DNA of 64,000 bases from Bradyrhizobium sp. (lineage in GTDB: Bacteria > Pseudomonadota > Alphaproteobacteria > Rhizobiales > Beijerinckiaceae), in assembly GCA_004799435.1 (NCBI GenBank), contig SSMV01000169.1, positions 980 to 64,979 on the forward strand, given 5' to 3'. The notes under the pieces were generated by a model. It had not been told where the DNA came from. It saw only the letters and a list, made by a program, of their open reading frames with translations, and did no database searches. A program made the translations under genes and the position numbers. Below are positions 48,344 to 59,320 of this stretch, one piece after another (position 1 is the stretch's first letter; each line of letters opens with the position of its first letter).

Positions 48344-49315
48344 TCACGCCTCGCGGCCCATATCCGTCAGGCGAATTCGGCACCACAGACCCTCCTGTCG
48401 ATAGTCGAGCGAGACCTCGCCATTGGACCCCAACGCGGCGAGCATGAGGCGGCTCCCCGATCCCGTCCGCGACGGCGGCGACACCGGCGGCCCGCCTTCC
48501 TCTCGCCAATCCAGCCAGATTTCTGAATTGTCCCGTCGCCATTCCATCGCGACATGACCCGTCTGCGATGTCAGCGCGCCATGTTTCAGGGCGTTGGTCC
48601 CCAGTTCGTGAACGACGAGCGACAGTCCGAGCGCATGATCCTGCGACAGATCGGTCGAAGGCCCGCTCAATCGAAACGCGGCGGCGCCAAAAGGTTCGAT
48701 GACCCGGTCGAGCAGCGTTTGCAGATCGACGAAGCCGCCGGTCGGCGCGTCGATTCTCTGGCTGCGCGCCAGCGCCTGGAGCCGGGCCTCGAAGGCGCTC
48801 CGATATTCTTCGATTGTCGCCTCGGGCGGAACCTGCTGGGCGATTGCGGCGACGGTCGCCAGCAGATTGCGCATGCGGTGTTGCATTTCGTCGGCCAGCA
48901 GAACAGCGCGTTCCTCCGATCGGGCGAGCGCGTCGACGAGAGCGCGCATTTGCGAGGCGATGGCGATGAGGACACCGCTGGCGATGCAGAAGATCGCCAG
49001 CCGATCGGTCCAGGAGAACACGAGGCTATGGGCGTCGGCGGGGCCGGACCACAGAAGCGTCGCCGCGACGCAGGAAAGAACGATGGCCGAGACGCCGGCG
49101 AGCGCGCCGCCCCATAGCGCGGCGGCGACCGTCGCCGGGAAATAGACGACAAACGGGGCGCCGCCGTGGAGCGCGGGATCGAAGAGGAACCGAACGAGGG
49201 TCGCGAAGCCGACGCAGCCCGCCGCGCCGACCTGGCCCTGCCAAAGCGGCGGCGATTTGGCCAGGCCGGCCCGCAGCCGGCGGCCAATGTCGGAAGCGCG
49301 CTGTCGCCAATTCAT
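48344..49315 (-). CDS. Membrane sensor histidine kinase (DUF4118-like TM domain plus HWE-type kinase)
   Basis: PFVVYFPATVAAALWGG, EMQHRMRNLLA, HELGTNALKHGAL and WREEGGP. Start placed at MNWRQ (49315). Confidence 0.85.
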   Translation of the reverse strand: MNWRQRASDIGRRLRAGLAKSPPLWQGQVGAAGCVGFATLVRFLFDPALHGGAPFVVYFPATVAAALWGGALAGVSAIVLSCVAATLLWSGPADAHSLVFSWTDRLAIFCIASGVLIAIASQMRALVDALARSEERAVLLADEMQHRMRNLLATVAAIAQQVPPEATIEEYRSAFEARLQALARSQRIDAPTGGFVDLQTLLDRVIEPFGAAAFRLSGPSTDLSQDHALGLSLVVHELGTNALKHGALTSQTGHVAMEWRRDNSEIWLDWREEGGPPVSPPSRTGSGSRLMLAALGSNGEVSLDYRQEGLWCRIRLTDMGREA

Positions 49316-49460
49316 TTTTGCCCCGGCGCCGCCAAAATCCAGGCTTGCGCCGGCGACGTCCAATTGTCGATTTTGGGCCGCTTTTATCAAATGATGAAAT
49401 TCCCCGCCGACGCCAGCTGTCCCATTCGACAGGCTTCTTTTTGCGCGCCCTCGCCGCTCG

Positions 49461-50069
49461 TCATTCCGGCTTCTGATCTTTTGCCGCCGCGCGAACCCGC
49501 GCTGGACGCGAGACGCAGCGGGCGACGTAATCCTCAAGCGCCTTGGTTTTCTTGTCGCCGAGGAGAGGCGAACTCATGAAAAGCGCGAAGGCCCCGGCGT
49601 AGAGCACATCCGCCGCGCTGAACCGCTCGCCGGAGATATAGGGTTGGGCCGCCAGACGCGCGTTTACGAAACTCATCGCCTCGTCGGAATCGACCCAGCC
49701 CGCCGTTCCTCGCGGCACCGCTACCTGCATGAATTTCGAGGTGAAGGCGGGCTCGATCACCCCGGAATAATAGGCGAGCGCGGTTAGAAACGCGCCGCGG
49801 CCGGGATCGCCAATCCTCGGCCCAAGACCCGCTTGGGGAAACTTGTCCGCCAGATAGAGCGCAATGGCGATCTGTTCGAAAACTTCGGCTGCGCCATCCT
49901 TCAGGAGCGGAACCTTGCCGTGGGGGTGCGGATTGGCGGAATCGAGCGCGCCCGATCCGTCGGCGCGGCGGATCGAGACATATTGGATTTCATAGGGTGC
50001 GCCGATCTCCTCCAGCAGCCACAAAAATCGCGACGAACGCGAGCGTGGCGCATGGATCAGCGTGAGCAA
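49461..50069 (-). CDS. Glutathione S-transferase family protein
   Basis: SRSSRFLWLLEE, NPHPHGKVPLL, FEQIAIALYL and FSAADV. Confidence 0.92.
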   Translation of the reverse strand: MLTLIHAPRSRSSRFLWLLEEIGAPYEIQYVSIRRADGSGALDSANPHPHGKVPLLKDGAAEVFEQIAIALYLADKFPQAGLGPRIGDPGRGAFLTALAYYSGVIEPAFTSKFMQVAVPRGTAGWVDSDEAMSFVNARLAAQPYISGERFSAADVLYAGAFALFMSSPLLGDKKTKALEDYVARCVSRPARVRAAAKDQKPE

Positions 50070-50191
50070 GGAAAATCTCCATCCAGCCGAACGCGCCCTA
50101 GAAAATCATATACTTTCACGAAGGGCCTTCACCGCGTGCGAAACCTGGCGCGAGGCTAGCAGAAACCGGCGGCCGGCAAAATCGGCGTTCC

Positions 50192-51013
50192 TTAGGCCCG
50201 CAGCCGATAGCCGGTGCGAAAAATCCAGACCAGGATCGCCAGACACACAGCGATAAACAGGGCTGTGAAGGCGAGGCTGGCTTCGATGCTGACGTCGCCG
50301 ACCCCGTAGAAGCTCCAGCGGAAGCCGCTGACGAGATAGACCACCGGGTTGAACAGGCTGAACGTGCGCCAGAACGGCGGCAGCATGTCGATCGAATAGA
50401 ACGAGCCGCCGAGAAAAGTCAGCGGGGTCAGAATCAGCGCCGGAACCAGATTGAGCTGCTCGAAACTCTTGGCCCAGATACCGATGATGAAGCCGAACAG
50501 GCTGAAGGCGACCGAGGTCAGAACAAGGAAGGCGATCATCCAGACGGGATGGAGGATCGTCACATTGACGAAGAGTTCCGCCGTCGCGAGGATGATGAGG
50601 CCGATGCCGACCGATTTGGTCGCCGCCGCGCCGACATAGGCGAGCACCGCCTCCACCGCCGACATGGGCGCCGATAACAACTCGTAGATGGCGCCGGTGA
50701 ATTTAGGGAAATAGATGGCGACGGAAGCGTTCGACACGCTCTGCGTCAATAGCGAGAGCATAATCAGGCCGGGCACGATAAAGGCGCCGTAGCTCACCCC
50801 GCCGACCTGGCTGATGCGCGAACCGATGGCGCCGCCGAAGACGATGAAATAGAGCGCGGTGGTGATGACCGGCGACACCACGCTCTGGATCAGCGTGCGC
50901 AGTGTGCGCCTGATCTCGTTGCGATAGATCGCCCAGACGCCTGGCCCGTTGAAAGCCAGCGACATCATGGGCCTATTCGTGATGGGCGTGTCGGTCATGG
51001 GCATGTTGCTCAT
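50192..51013 (-). CDS. ABC-2 type transporter permease (YadH-like)
   Basis: [30 protein letters not shown] and [13 protein letters not shown]. Alternative start at 50968. Confidence 0.88.
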   Translation of the reverse strand: MSNMPMTDTPITNRPMMSLAFNGPGVWAIYRNEIRRTLRTLIQSVVSPVITTALYFIVFGGAIGSRISQVGGVSYGAFIVPGLIMLSLLTQSVSNASVAIYFPKFTGAIYELLSAPMSAVEAVLAYVGAAATKSVGIGLIILATAELFVNVTILHPVWMIAFLVLTSVAFSLFGFIIGIWAKSFEQLNLVPALILTPLTFLGGSFYSIDMLPPFWRTFSLFNPVVYLVSGFRWSFYGVGDVSIEASLAFTALFIAVCLAILVWIFRTGYRLRA

Positions 51014-51939
51014 GGGCGCTTGGCCTCCACCAGGCTGACAAAAATATCCTCGAGCGTCGAGTTCGACGTCTCGAGATCGGAATAGCCGACGCCGAGACTG
51101 TCGAGCTTTTGCAGCAGCGCCGGCATGCCATTGTCGGGCGCCTTGGCGTCGAAATCATAGACGAGCCGGCTTCCCTCGGCCGCGAGCGAAAGCGACCAGT
51201 CGGACAAGGCTTCCGGCAGAACCGCGAGCGGCGTCTTCAAAGTCAGCGAGAGATGCCGCTTGCCGAGCCGGCGCATCAGCGCGACCTTGTCTTCGACCAG
51301 CGCCAGTCTGCCTTCCTTCATGACGCCGACGCGGTCGGCCATCTCCTCGGCCTCCTCGATATAATGCGTTGTCAGGATGATCGTAACGCCGGTTTCGCGC
51401 AATTTGCGCACCAGCGCCCACATGTCGCGGCGCAGGTTGACGTCGACGCCGGCGGTCGGCTCGTCAAGGAACAGAATATCGGGCTGATGGCTCAACGCCT
51501 TGGCGATCATTGTGCGCCGCTTCATGCCGCCCGACAGTTGGATGACGGGCGAGTCGCGCTTTTCCCACAGCGAAAGATCCTTGAGCAGGCCCTCGAGATA
51601 GGCGTCGTCCGGTCGCTTGCCGAATAGGCCACGCGACAGACGGACGTTGCTCCAGACGGTCGAAAAAATGTCGAGCGCGATCTCCTGCGGCACCAGGCCG
51701 ATGCGCGAGCGCGTCGCGCGGTAATTCGTCAGATTGTCGAGGCCGCCGACCAGCACCTGGCCGCCGCTCTTGTTGACCGAGCCGCAGACGATCGAGATCA
51801 GCGTCGTCTTGCCTGCGCCATTCGGGCCAAGCAAGGCGAAGATCTCGCCCTGAGCGATTTCGAGATTGACGTCGTGAAGCGCCTCGAAGCCGCTCGCATA
51901 GACTTTGGAGAGATGGGCAAGCGAAAGAATCGGCGGCAT
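51010..51939 (-). CDS. ABC-2 type transporter ATP-binding protein (YadG-like)
   Basis: [26 protein letters not shown] and [15 protein letters not shown]. Confidence 0.92.
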   Translation of the reverse strand: MPPILSLAHLSKVYASGFEALHDVNLEIAQGEIFALLGPNGAGKTTLISIVCGSVNKSGGQVLVGGLDNLTNYRATRSRIGLVPQEIALDIFSTVWSNVRLSRGLFGKRPDDAYLEGLLKDLSLWEKRDSPVIQLSGGMKRRTMIAKALSHQPDILFLDEPTAGVDVNLRRDMWALVRKLRETGVTIILTTHYIEEAEEMADRVGVMKEGRLALVEDKVALMRRLGKRHLSLTLKTPLAVLPEALSDWSLSLAAEGSRLVYDFDAKAPDNGMPALLQKLDSLGVGYSDLETSNSTLEDIFVSLVEAKRP

Positions 51940-52021
51940 TCAAAGCTCCGAAACGGAAGAGAACGCGACCCGGCGACCGGTCATCATCGAACGGGAGGGC
52001 GCCGCCCCGCTCGGGCGGCGC

Positions 52022-53326
52022 TCATTTCGCGCCGATTCGCGCCAGACGCAAGGCGACCGAGCGCGCATGAGCCGAAAGCCCCTCGGCTTCGCCCAATGTC
52101 GCCGCGGCGGGCCCGAGCGCCGCAAGCGCCTTGGCGTCGCATTGGAGAAGCGAAGTGCGCTTAAGAAAATCGCCGACGCCGAGGCCGGAGGAAAAGCGCG
52201 CCGAGCGGGCGGTCGGCAGCACATGGTTGGAGCCGCCGACATAGTCGCCGATCGCCTCGGGCGTATAGGGCCCGATAAAAATCGCCCCCGCATTGGCGAC
52301 CTGCTCGGCGAGCGCCTCGCCGTCGCGCGCAATGATTTCGAGATGTTCCGGCGCAAGTCGATTGACGAGCGCGATCGCCCTGGCCAGTGCGGGGACGAGA
52401 ATGATCGCGCCATTGTCGCGCCAGCTCGCGCCGGCGATTGCGGCGCGCGGCAGCGTCGCGAGCTGGGCCATCACTGCCGCCTCGACGGCGCGGGCGAGCG
52501 CGGGATCATCGGTGACGAGGATCGACTGCGCCGCCGCGTCATGTTCGGCCTGGGCGAGCAGGTCGGCGGCGATGAATTCAGCGTCGGCGCTCGAATCGGC
52601 GAGCACCACCACTTCCGACGGCCCGGCGATCATGTCGATGCCGACGGTCCCAAACACCTGACGCTTGGCGGCCGCGACATAGGCGTTGCCCGGACCGACG
52701 ATCTTGTCGACGGGCGCGACGCTCTCGACGCCATAGGCGAGCGCCGCGATCGCCTGCGCGCCGCCGATGCGGTGGATTTCGGTGACGCCGGCGATCTTCG
52801 CCCCCGCCAGCACCAGCGGGTTGAGCTTGCCGTCCGGCGTTGGCACAACCATGGCGAGGCGGCGACAGCCGGCGACCCGCGCCGGCGCGGCGTTCATGAT
52901 CACCGAAGATGGGTAACTCGCCGCGCCCCCCGGCACATAGAGGCCGACAGAATCGATAGGGCGCCAGCGCCAGCCGAGCCGGACGCCGAGCCCATCGACA
53001 AAGGACACGTCCTCGGGCGTCTGGCGGGCGTGATAGGCGACGACGCGCTCGTGAGCGAATTGAAGCGCCTTCAGCGCCGCGGGATCGCAGGCGGCAAACG
53101 CGGCCTCGATTTCGGCGGCGGTGACCCGCGTGCCCGAACGCGAAAGATCGACGCGATCGAAACGCAGCGTGTAATCGAGCAGCGCCGCATCGCCGCGCTT
53201 GCGCACGTCGGCAATGATCGCGGCGACAACGGCGTCGACGTCGGCCGCCGCCTCGCGCTTGGCGCCGAGCAAGGCTTGAAAGCGCGACTCGAAATCCGTC
53301 GCGCCCATGTCGAGAGTGACCGCCAT
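52022..53326 (-). CDS. hisD: Histidinol dehydrogenase
   Basis: GLYVPGG, GGAQAIAALAYG, GPGNAYV, DMIAGPSE, QAEHD, PEHLE and GSNHVLPT. Confidence 0.97.
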   Translation of the reverse strand: MAVTLDMGATDFESRFQALLGAKREAAADVDAVVAAIIADVRKRGDAALLDYTLRFDRVDLSRSGTRVTAAEIEAAFAACDPAALKALQFAHERVVAYHARQTPEDVSFVDGLGVRLGWRWRPIDSVGLYVPGGAASYPSSVIMNAAPARVAGCRRLAMVVPTPDGKLNPLVLAGAKIAGVTEIHRIGGAQAIAALAYGVESVAPVDKIVGPGNAYVAAAKRQVFGTVGIDMIAGPSEVVVLADSSADAEFIAADLLAQAEHDAAAQSILVTDDPALARAVEAAVMAQLATLPRAAIAGASWRDNGAIILVPALARAIALVNRLAPEHLEIIARDGEALAEQVANAGAIFIGPYTPEAIGDYVGGSNHVLPTARSARFSSGLGVGDFLKRTSLLQCDAKALAALGPAAATLGEAEGLSAHARSVALRLARIGAK

Positions 53327-53347
53327 CCTGCGCTCCGCAAACTCGGC

Positions 53348-53785
53348 CTAGACCGGCTCGGCGCTGGTCAAGGCATGGCCGGGGCATTCCTGCGCCGGGC
53401 GGCGCGGACCGATGTCTCTTAACTCGGCTTCGAGACATTCGACCTCGAGCCGCACCACAGCGCCGTCGGCGAAGGCGAGCAGCACCATGCCCGAGGGCGG
53501 ATCGGTCTTCTCGAAACTCACCGCAAGCAGATTGAGCACGCGGCCCTCCTCGCCCTCGTCGAGGCCGAGGTGAGACACTTTGAGCACGCGATCGAAGCGT
53601 AGCACCGAACCGACGCGCTCGGCCCGCCCACTCGCGGAGGCCGCCCAGTCGTAACGCAATCCGCTGATCAGGAACCGCTTCTGGCCCGGCAGCCAGCGCA
53701 GATCGGCGCGACGCAGGCAGGTGTCCTGCGTATGCGCGGAAATCACGCCGAGACCCTCGCGATCGAGCGCGATCAGCTTGAGCAT
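53348..53785 (-). CDS. DUF2948 family protein
   Basis: MLKLIALD..L.VISAH.QD and RLEVECLEAELRDIG; sits in its usual position between murA and hisD. Confidence 0.85.
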   Translation of the reverse strand: MLKLIALDREGLGVISAHTQDTCLRRADLRWLPGQKRFLISGLRYDWAASASGRAERVGSVLRFDRVLKVSHLGLDEGEEGRVLNLLAVSFEKTDPPSGMVLLAFADGAVVRLEVECLEAELRDIGPRRPAQECPGHALTSAEPV

Positions 53786-53807
53786 ATCCAGTGTGCGTTC
53801 CATCACC

Positions 53808-55097
53808 CTAGCCCGAAATGCGCTCGATGTCGGCGCCGCAGGCGGCGAGCTTATGCTCGAGCCGTTCGAAGCCGCGATCGAGATGATAGACGCGATTGAC
53901 CGTCGTTTCGCCCTCGGCGGCAAGCGCCGCGATGACGAGCGACACCGAGGCGCGCAGATCGGTCGCCATCACCGGCGCGCCGGCCAGACGATCGACGCCT
54001 TCGACGATTGCCGTGTCGCCCTCCAGCTTGATGCGCGCGCCAAGGCGCGCCAGTTCCTGGACGTGCATGAAACGGTTTTCGAAAATCGTTTCGGTGATCC
54101 GCGAGACGCCGCGCGCCCGCGTCATCAGCGCCATGAATTGCGCCTGAAGATCGGTCGGAAAGCCGGGGAAGGGCGCGGTCGAGATGTCGACCGGCGCGAT
54201 GCCGGAACCGTTGCGCGTCACGCGCACGCCGCGATTGTCGCTCGAAACATGCGCGCCCGCCTGCGACAAGACGTCCAGCGCCTCCTGAAACAGATCGGGC
54301 TGAACGCCTTCGAGTAGAATGTCGCCGCCCGTCATCGCAACCGCCGTCGCATAAGTGCCGGCCTCGATGCGATCGGGCAACACGCGATGGCGCGCGCCGT
54401 CGAGACGGGCGACGCCGACGATCTCGATCGTCGAGCTTCCCGCCCCTTTGATGCGCGCGCCCATCTTATTCAAACAATCCGCGAGATCCTTCACCTCCGG
54501 CTCGCGCGCAGCGTTGCTGATCAGCGTCGAGCCATGGGCGAGCGCGGCGGCCATCATCGCCACATGCGTGCCGCCGACCGTCACTTTGGGGAAGACGATC
54601 TCACCGCCGCACAGGCCCTTTGGCGCCCGGGCGACGACATAGCCGTTCTCGATTGCGATCTCGGCCCCGAGCTTCTCAAGCGCCATCAGCAGGAGATCGA
54701 CCGGCCTCGTGCCGATCGCACAGCCGCCCGGCAGCGAGACGCGCGCTTCGCCCATGCGCGCCAGCAGTGGCGCGACCACCCAGAAACTCGCGCGCATGCG
54801 CGACACGAGGTCATAGGGCGCGGTGGTGTCGACGATCGCGCTGGCGCGCAGATGCGCGGTCTGGCCGGCCATCGCCTCCTCGCCGAGCCGCTTGCCGTCG
54901 ACCGAATAATCGACGCCGTGATTGCCGAGAATGCGCACGAGCTGGCTGACATCGGCGAGGCGAGGCAGATTCTCCAGCGTCAGCGTCTGGTCGGTCAGCA
55001 GCGAGGCGATCATCAGCGGCAGCGCGGCGTTTTTGGCGCCGGAAACCGGAATCACACCCTGAAGCTTGGCGCCGCCGCGGATTTGAATGCGATCCAT
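53808..55097 (-). CDS. murA: UDP-N-acetylglucosamine 1-carboxyvinyltransferase
   Basis: [49 protein letters not shown] and DLRAS. Confidence 0.98.
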   Translation of the reverse strand: MDRIQIRGGAKLQGVIPVSGAKNAALPLMIASLLTDQTLTLENLPRLADVSQLVRILGNHGVDYSVDGKRLGEEAMAGQTAHLRASAIVDTTAPYDLVSRMRASFWVVAPLLARMGEARVSLPGGCAIGTRPVDLLLMALEKLGAEIAIENGYVVARAPKGLCGGEIVFPKVTVGGTHVAMMAAALAHGSTLISNAAREPEVKDLADCLNKMGARIKGAGSSTIEIVGVARLDGARHRVLPDRIEAGTYATAVAMTGGDILLEGVQPDLFQEALDVLSQAGAHVSSDNRGVRVTRNGSGIAPVDISTAPFPGFPTDLQAQFMALMTRARGVSRITETIFENRFMHVQELARLGARIKLEGDTAIVEGVDRLAGAPVMATDLRASVSLVIAALAAEGETTVNRVYHLDRGFERLEHKLAACGADIERISG

Positions 55098-55139
55098 GCC
55101 TGGTTCCTTCTCGCCCAGTTCCTTCTCGCCGACCGGCTT

Positions 55140-55310
55140 TCACCGGTTTGGATTGTCGCTTGCCGCTTGCGGCTGCGCCGCCGCCTGACCCTCCGGCGAC
55201 GTCCGACCGCGCTGTTGCGCCTTGCGGCGCTTGAGGTTTGCCCGCAGTGCGGCCGCCAGCCGCTCTTGCTGTCGTCGCCGCGCTTCGTCCTGTCTCTCGC
55301 GCCCGACCAT
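55140..55310 (-). CDS. Small basic hypothetical protein upstream of murA
   Basis: ERLAAALRANLKRRKAQ motif, which I recall preceding murA in many alphaproteobacteria; GAGGCG-type RBS before the ATG at 55310. Confidence 0.6.
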   Translation of the reverse strand: MVGRERQDEARRRQQERLAAALRANLKRRKAQQRGRTSPEGQAAAQPQAASDNPNR

Positions 55311-55422
55311 TTCGCCTCTTTCGCGTCGCCTTTCTTGGGCGTCGCCTTTTCTGAGGGCAGCGCGCTTGATAGGCCGCCGGCGAAGGCCGGGCAAGCCAAA
55401 AGGGCTGGGGTTCGTTCGAGCG

Positions 55423-57093
55423 CTATCCGGCCTTTTCAATCAGGCTCTTGGCCGCCGCGCGCGCCGCGCCGGTGATTTCCGCGCCCGCCAGCATCCGGGC
55501 GATTTCCTCGCGCCTGGCCGCCGAATCGAGCGACAGAACCTGGGTCGCGACCCGCTCGCCCTTGGCGATCTCATTTTTGACGATGCGAAAATGCTGCTGC
55601 GATCGGGCGGCGACCTGCGGCGCATGGGTCACGGCGAGCACCTGCGCCCGGGCGGCGAGCCGGGCGAGGCGCTGGCCGATCGCATCGGCGACCGCGCCGC
55701 CGACGCCGGTGTCGATTTCGTCGAAGACCAGCGTCGGCGCGGTGCCGCGCTCGGCGAGCGAGACTTTCAGCGCGAGCAGAAAACGCGCCAATTCTCCGCC
55801 CGAGGCGACCTTCATCAGCGGGCCCGGTCGCGAGCCGGGATTGGTCTGGACGCAGAATTCGGCGCGGTCGCAGCCCTCGGGCGCGACTTGCGCGTCGTCG
55901 CGCGTCAGCTCGACGGCGAAACGCGCGCGCTCGAGCTTCAGCGCCGGCAATTCACCATTGACCGCTTTCTCGAGTTCGCGCGCGGCGGCAAGACGCGCCT
56001 TCGACAGCGCAATCGCCGCAGCAGCGTAGGCGGCCGCGGCGGTCTTCGTCTCGGCTTCGAGCGCAGCGATGCGCTGCTCGCCGGCGCTGAGATCGGCGAT
56101 CTCGTCGGCGAATTTGCGCGCCAGCGCGGGGAGAGCATCGACCGCCACCGCATATTTGCGCGCCATGCCACGCAGGGCGAAGAGACGCTCCTCGCATTTC
56201 TCCAATTCGCGCGGATCGAAATCGCAGGCGGCAAGCGCCGTTTCGACCGCCAGCGTTGCGCTTTCCAGCGCTTGCATCGCGTCGTCGAGCGCCTGCACGC
56301 TCGGCTCGATCAGCGTAGGCGCCTGGACCATGCGTCGCTGCAGCCGACGCGAGATTGCCGCCAGCACCGGCAGGATCGCCGAATCGCCCGAGAGATTGTC
56401 ATGCGCTTCGCGGATGTCGGCGGCGACCTTCTCGCCCTGCATCATCCGCTGGCGACGTTCGGCCAAGGCCTCTTCTTCGCCGGGCTGCGGATCGAGCTTG
56501 GTCAATTCGTCATGCGCGTGGCGCGCATAATCGGCCGCCTGGCGTGCGGCGGCGACGCGGGCGCGCTCGGCCGCCAGCGCGCTTTCAAGCTCGCGCAAAG
56601 TCACGCAGGCGGCGCGCGTCGCGTCGCAAAGCGCGCCATGGCCGCCGTAAGAATCGACCAGCGCACGATGGGTGGAGGCGTCGAGCAGGGCGCGCTCGTC
56701 ATGCTGACCGTGGATCTCGACCAGCCCGGCGGCCAGCGCGCGCAGGGTCTGAGCACTGACGCTCTGGTCGTTGACGAAGGCGCGCGTGCGTCCATCGGCG
56801 AGCTGGACGCGCCGCAGGATCAATTCACCTTCGGCGTCGATATCCTGCTCGGCCAATGCGGCGAAGGCGGCATGGTCGGGCGCGAGATCGAAAGCGGCGA
56901 CGACCTGGCCCTGGCTCTGGCCGTGGCGCACCAGCGCGCCGTCGCCTCGCGCGCCCAGCGCCAGGGACAAGGCGTCGAGCAGGATCGATTTGCCGGCCCC
57001 GGTCTCGCCGGTGAGGATCGTCAACCCGCTGGAAAACTCAAGCTCCAACTGGTCGATCAGCACAATGTCGCGGATCGAAAGCCGGGCGAGCAT
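55423..57093 (-). CDS. recN: DNA repair protein RecN
   Basis: GETGAGKS, IHGQHD, ASGGELARF and FDEIDTGVGG..VTHAPQVA. Confidence 0.98.
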   Translation of the reverse strand: MLARLSIRDIVLIDQLELEFSSGLTILTGETGAGKSILLDALSLALGARGDGALVRHGQSQGQVVAAFDLAPDHAAFAALAEQDIDAEGELILRRVQLADGRTRAFVNDQSVSAQTLRALAAGLVEIHGQHDERALLDASTHRALVDSYGGHGALCDATRAACVTLRELESALAAERARVAAARQAADYARHAHDELTKLDPQPGEEEALAERRQRMMQGEKVAADIREAHDNLSGDSAILPVLAAISRRLQRRMVQAPTLIEPSVQALDDAMQALESATLAVETALAACDFDPRELEKCEERLFALRGMARKYAVAVDALPALARKFADEIADLSAGEQRIAALEAETKTAAAAYAAAAIALSKARLAAARELEKAVNGELPALKLERARFAVELTRDDAQVAPEGCDRAEFCVQTNPGSRPGPLMKVASGGELARFLLALKVSLAERGTAPTLVFDEIDTGVGGAVADAIGQRLARLAARAQVLAVTHAPQVAARSQQHFRIVKNEIAKGERVATQVLSLDSAARREEIARMLAGAEITGAARAAAKSLIEKAG

Positions 57094-57112
57094 GGTGGGG
57101 CGTCTCTGCCTG

Positions 57113-58006
57113 TCAGGAGGGGACGACGGCGTGGTAGAGCTTGGAAATCCACGACTCCTGATTTTCCTTCGGCGCGAGGCCGCCGCCCTTCAGAAGATTA
57201 TAGGCGTCGTGATACCATTGCCCGTCGGGAAAGTTATGGCCGAGCACGGCCGCGGCAGTCTGCGCTTCATCCGTGATGCCGAGACCGAGATAGGCTTCCG
57301 TCAGGCGATAGAGCGCCTCTTCCGCATGGCGGGTCGTCTGATAGCTGGTCAGGACGTTGCGAAAGCGGTTGATCGCCGCCGTGTAATTGCGCCGGTTGAG
57401 ATAGAAGCGGCCGACCGACATTTCTTTGCCGGCCAGTTGATCCGACGTGACCTGAATCTTGTATTTCGAATCCTCGACATATTCGGAATCAGGATAGTCG
57501 TGCACCACCTGTTTGAAGGTTTCGAGCGCCTTGGCGGCGCGCTCCTGATCGCGCGAAATATCGGGAATCTGATTGTAATAGGAACTCGCCTGCAGATAGA
57601 GCGCATAGGCGGCTTCGGTCGATTTGGGATAGAGCTTGACGTAGCGCTCGGCCGTGGTGGCGCAGGTGTCGTAATCGCCCGCTTGATATTGGGCGTAGGT
57701 CGTCATCAGGAGACCTTTGCGCGCCCAATCCGAATCGGGGAACTTGTCGCCGAGATCGGTGAATTTCTTGGCCGCCTCCTGCGGCGCGCCATTGGCGAGC
57801 TGCGCCAGGCCCTGGTCATAGACCTTGCTCGCCGGGACATCCGGCTCGATCACCGTCTTATATTTCGCCGGGGCGAACGGATTCCAGTCGTCGAACGTTG
57901 AGCAGGAGGCCAAGCCGAAAGCGACGCCGGCCACCGCGCCGGCGAACAGTAGCTTGCGCGCGCCGCTGGCGAGGAACGCACGGAAATTCGAGGCGGCGAA
58001 GGTCAT
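57113..58006 (-). CDS. bamD: Outer-membrane protein assembly lipoprotein BamD
   Basis: Lipobox LASC, TPR helices, RDQERA, LAGKEMSVGRFY and ILGHNFP-type motif (VLGHNFP). Confidence 0.95.
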   Translation of the reverse strand: MTFAASNFRAFLASGARKLLFAGAVAGVAFGLASCSTFDDWNPFAPAKYKTVIEPDVPASKVYDQGLAQLANGAPQEAAKKFTDLGDKFPDSDWARKGLLMTTYAQYQAGDYDTCATTAERYVKLYPKSTEAAYALYLQASSYYNQIPDISRDQERAAKALETFKQVVHDYPDSEYVEDSKYKIQVTSDQLAGKEMSVGRFYLNRRNYTAAINRFRNVLTSYQTTRHAEEALYRLTEAYLGLGITDEAQTAAAVLGHNFPDGQWYHDAYNLLKGGGLAPKENQESWISKLYHAVVPS

Positions 58007-58153
58007 GCGTTGAACTCGGATGTTGCGTAGCGCGAACCACGGCGCCTCGGGGCGCTGTTTAGCGCAATGCGCGCCCCCGCGCCACCCGGCGACCCCATGA
58101 ACTATATTAAGCTGGAGGATTATGGCGACGAGGCGGCGGCGGCCCCGCCCGTG

Positions 58154-59101
58154 TCAGTCGGCGTTGGCGGCGTAGGCGGTCGCCACCCGGCCGATTGCGC
58201 CGGCGCCCATCGCATAAGTCCGGCGCGGCGCGCCGTCGACAACCTCATAAGCGCGGCGGTCGGCGAACAGCGCCGAGAGCATCATCGCATTGATCTTATG
58301 GCCGGGACGATAGGAGTGATAGGCGCCGATGATCGGCGCGCCGGCCAGGGCGAGATCGCCGATGGCGTCGAGCGCCTTGTGGCGCACGAATTCGTCGACG
58401 TAGCGCAGGCCCTCGGGGTTGAGCACAGCGTCGCCATCGAGCGCGACGGAATTTTCGAGCGACGAGCCGAGCGCAAAGCCGGCCTGCCAAAGCTTCTTGA
58501 CGTCGCTGACGAAGCCGAAGGTGCGGGCGCGGGAAATGTCTTTGCGGAAGGTCGCGGGATCGAGATCGAAGGCGCGACGCTGGCGGCCAATCGCCGCCGC
58601 CTCGAAATCGATCTCGATGTCGAGGCGCAGGCCGCGTCCGCCCGGTTTGAGTTCAGCGTAGGCGGCGCCGCTTTCGACGCGCAGCGGGCGCACAACGCGG
58701 ATGAAACGGCGCGGGCGTCCCTGATGGACGAGGCCGACCGAATCGATCGCCGCAACGAAAGGCGCCGCCGAACCGTCCATCACGGGGACTTCTGGCCCGT
58801 CGATCTCGATCAGCGCATTGTCGACATTGAGGCCGGCGAGAGCCGCCATGAGATGTTCGACGGTCGCTACCGCCGCGCCGCTCGAATCGCCCAGCACCGT
58901 GCAAAGCGCCGTCTGGGTTACGTTCGACCATTTCGCCTCGATCAGGCGTTCGCGCCCCTCAGGCAGGCCGGTGCGAAGAATGACAATTCCGGATTCGACG
59001 TCGGCTGGATGGATCACGACGCGGGCGGGCTGAGCGGAATGAACGCCGAAGCCGCAAATCTCGACACGATCGCGAAGCGTCGTCTGAAAACCAGGTTTCA
59101 T
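58154..59101 (-). CDS. lpxC: UDP-3-O-acyl-N-acetylglucosamine deacetylase
   Basis: GFGVHS, TVEHLMAAL, EVPVMDGSA, ARTFGF, EFVRHKALDAIGDL and GHKIN. Confidence 0.97.
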   Translation of the reverse strand: MKPGFQTTLRDRVEICGFGVHSAQPARVVIHPADVESGIVILRTGLPEGRERLIEAKWSNVTQTALCTVLGDSSGAAVATVEHLMAALAGLNVDNALIEIDGPEVPVMDGSAAPFVAAIDSVGLVHQGRPRRFIRVVRPLRVESGAAYAELKPGGRGLRLDIEIDFEAAAIGRQRRAFDLDPATFRKDISRARTFGFVSDVKKLWQAGFALGSSLENSVALDGDAVLNPEGLRYVDEFVRHKALDAIGDLALAGAPIIGAYHSYRPGHKINAMMLSALFADRRAYEVVDGAPRRTYAMGAGAIGRVATAYAANAD

Positions 59102-59320
59102 ATAACACATGTCCCCACAGGCGCGCCGGTTGGCAGCTTTCCCGTCCGACGGTTCTCGACGTCTATCGCGTCGCTTCGTCGTCCACCCCGGCCATTTTCC
59201 GCGTCTGGCGTTCCCCATCGGCGTCGATAGCCTGTCGACGATAGGCGCGCTGTTCCCGACGGCCAAATCACCTTTCGTGAACGAAAGTTACACATCTGGA
59301 TAACTATCATTTCATTATTT

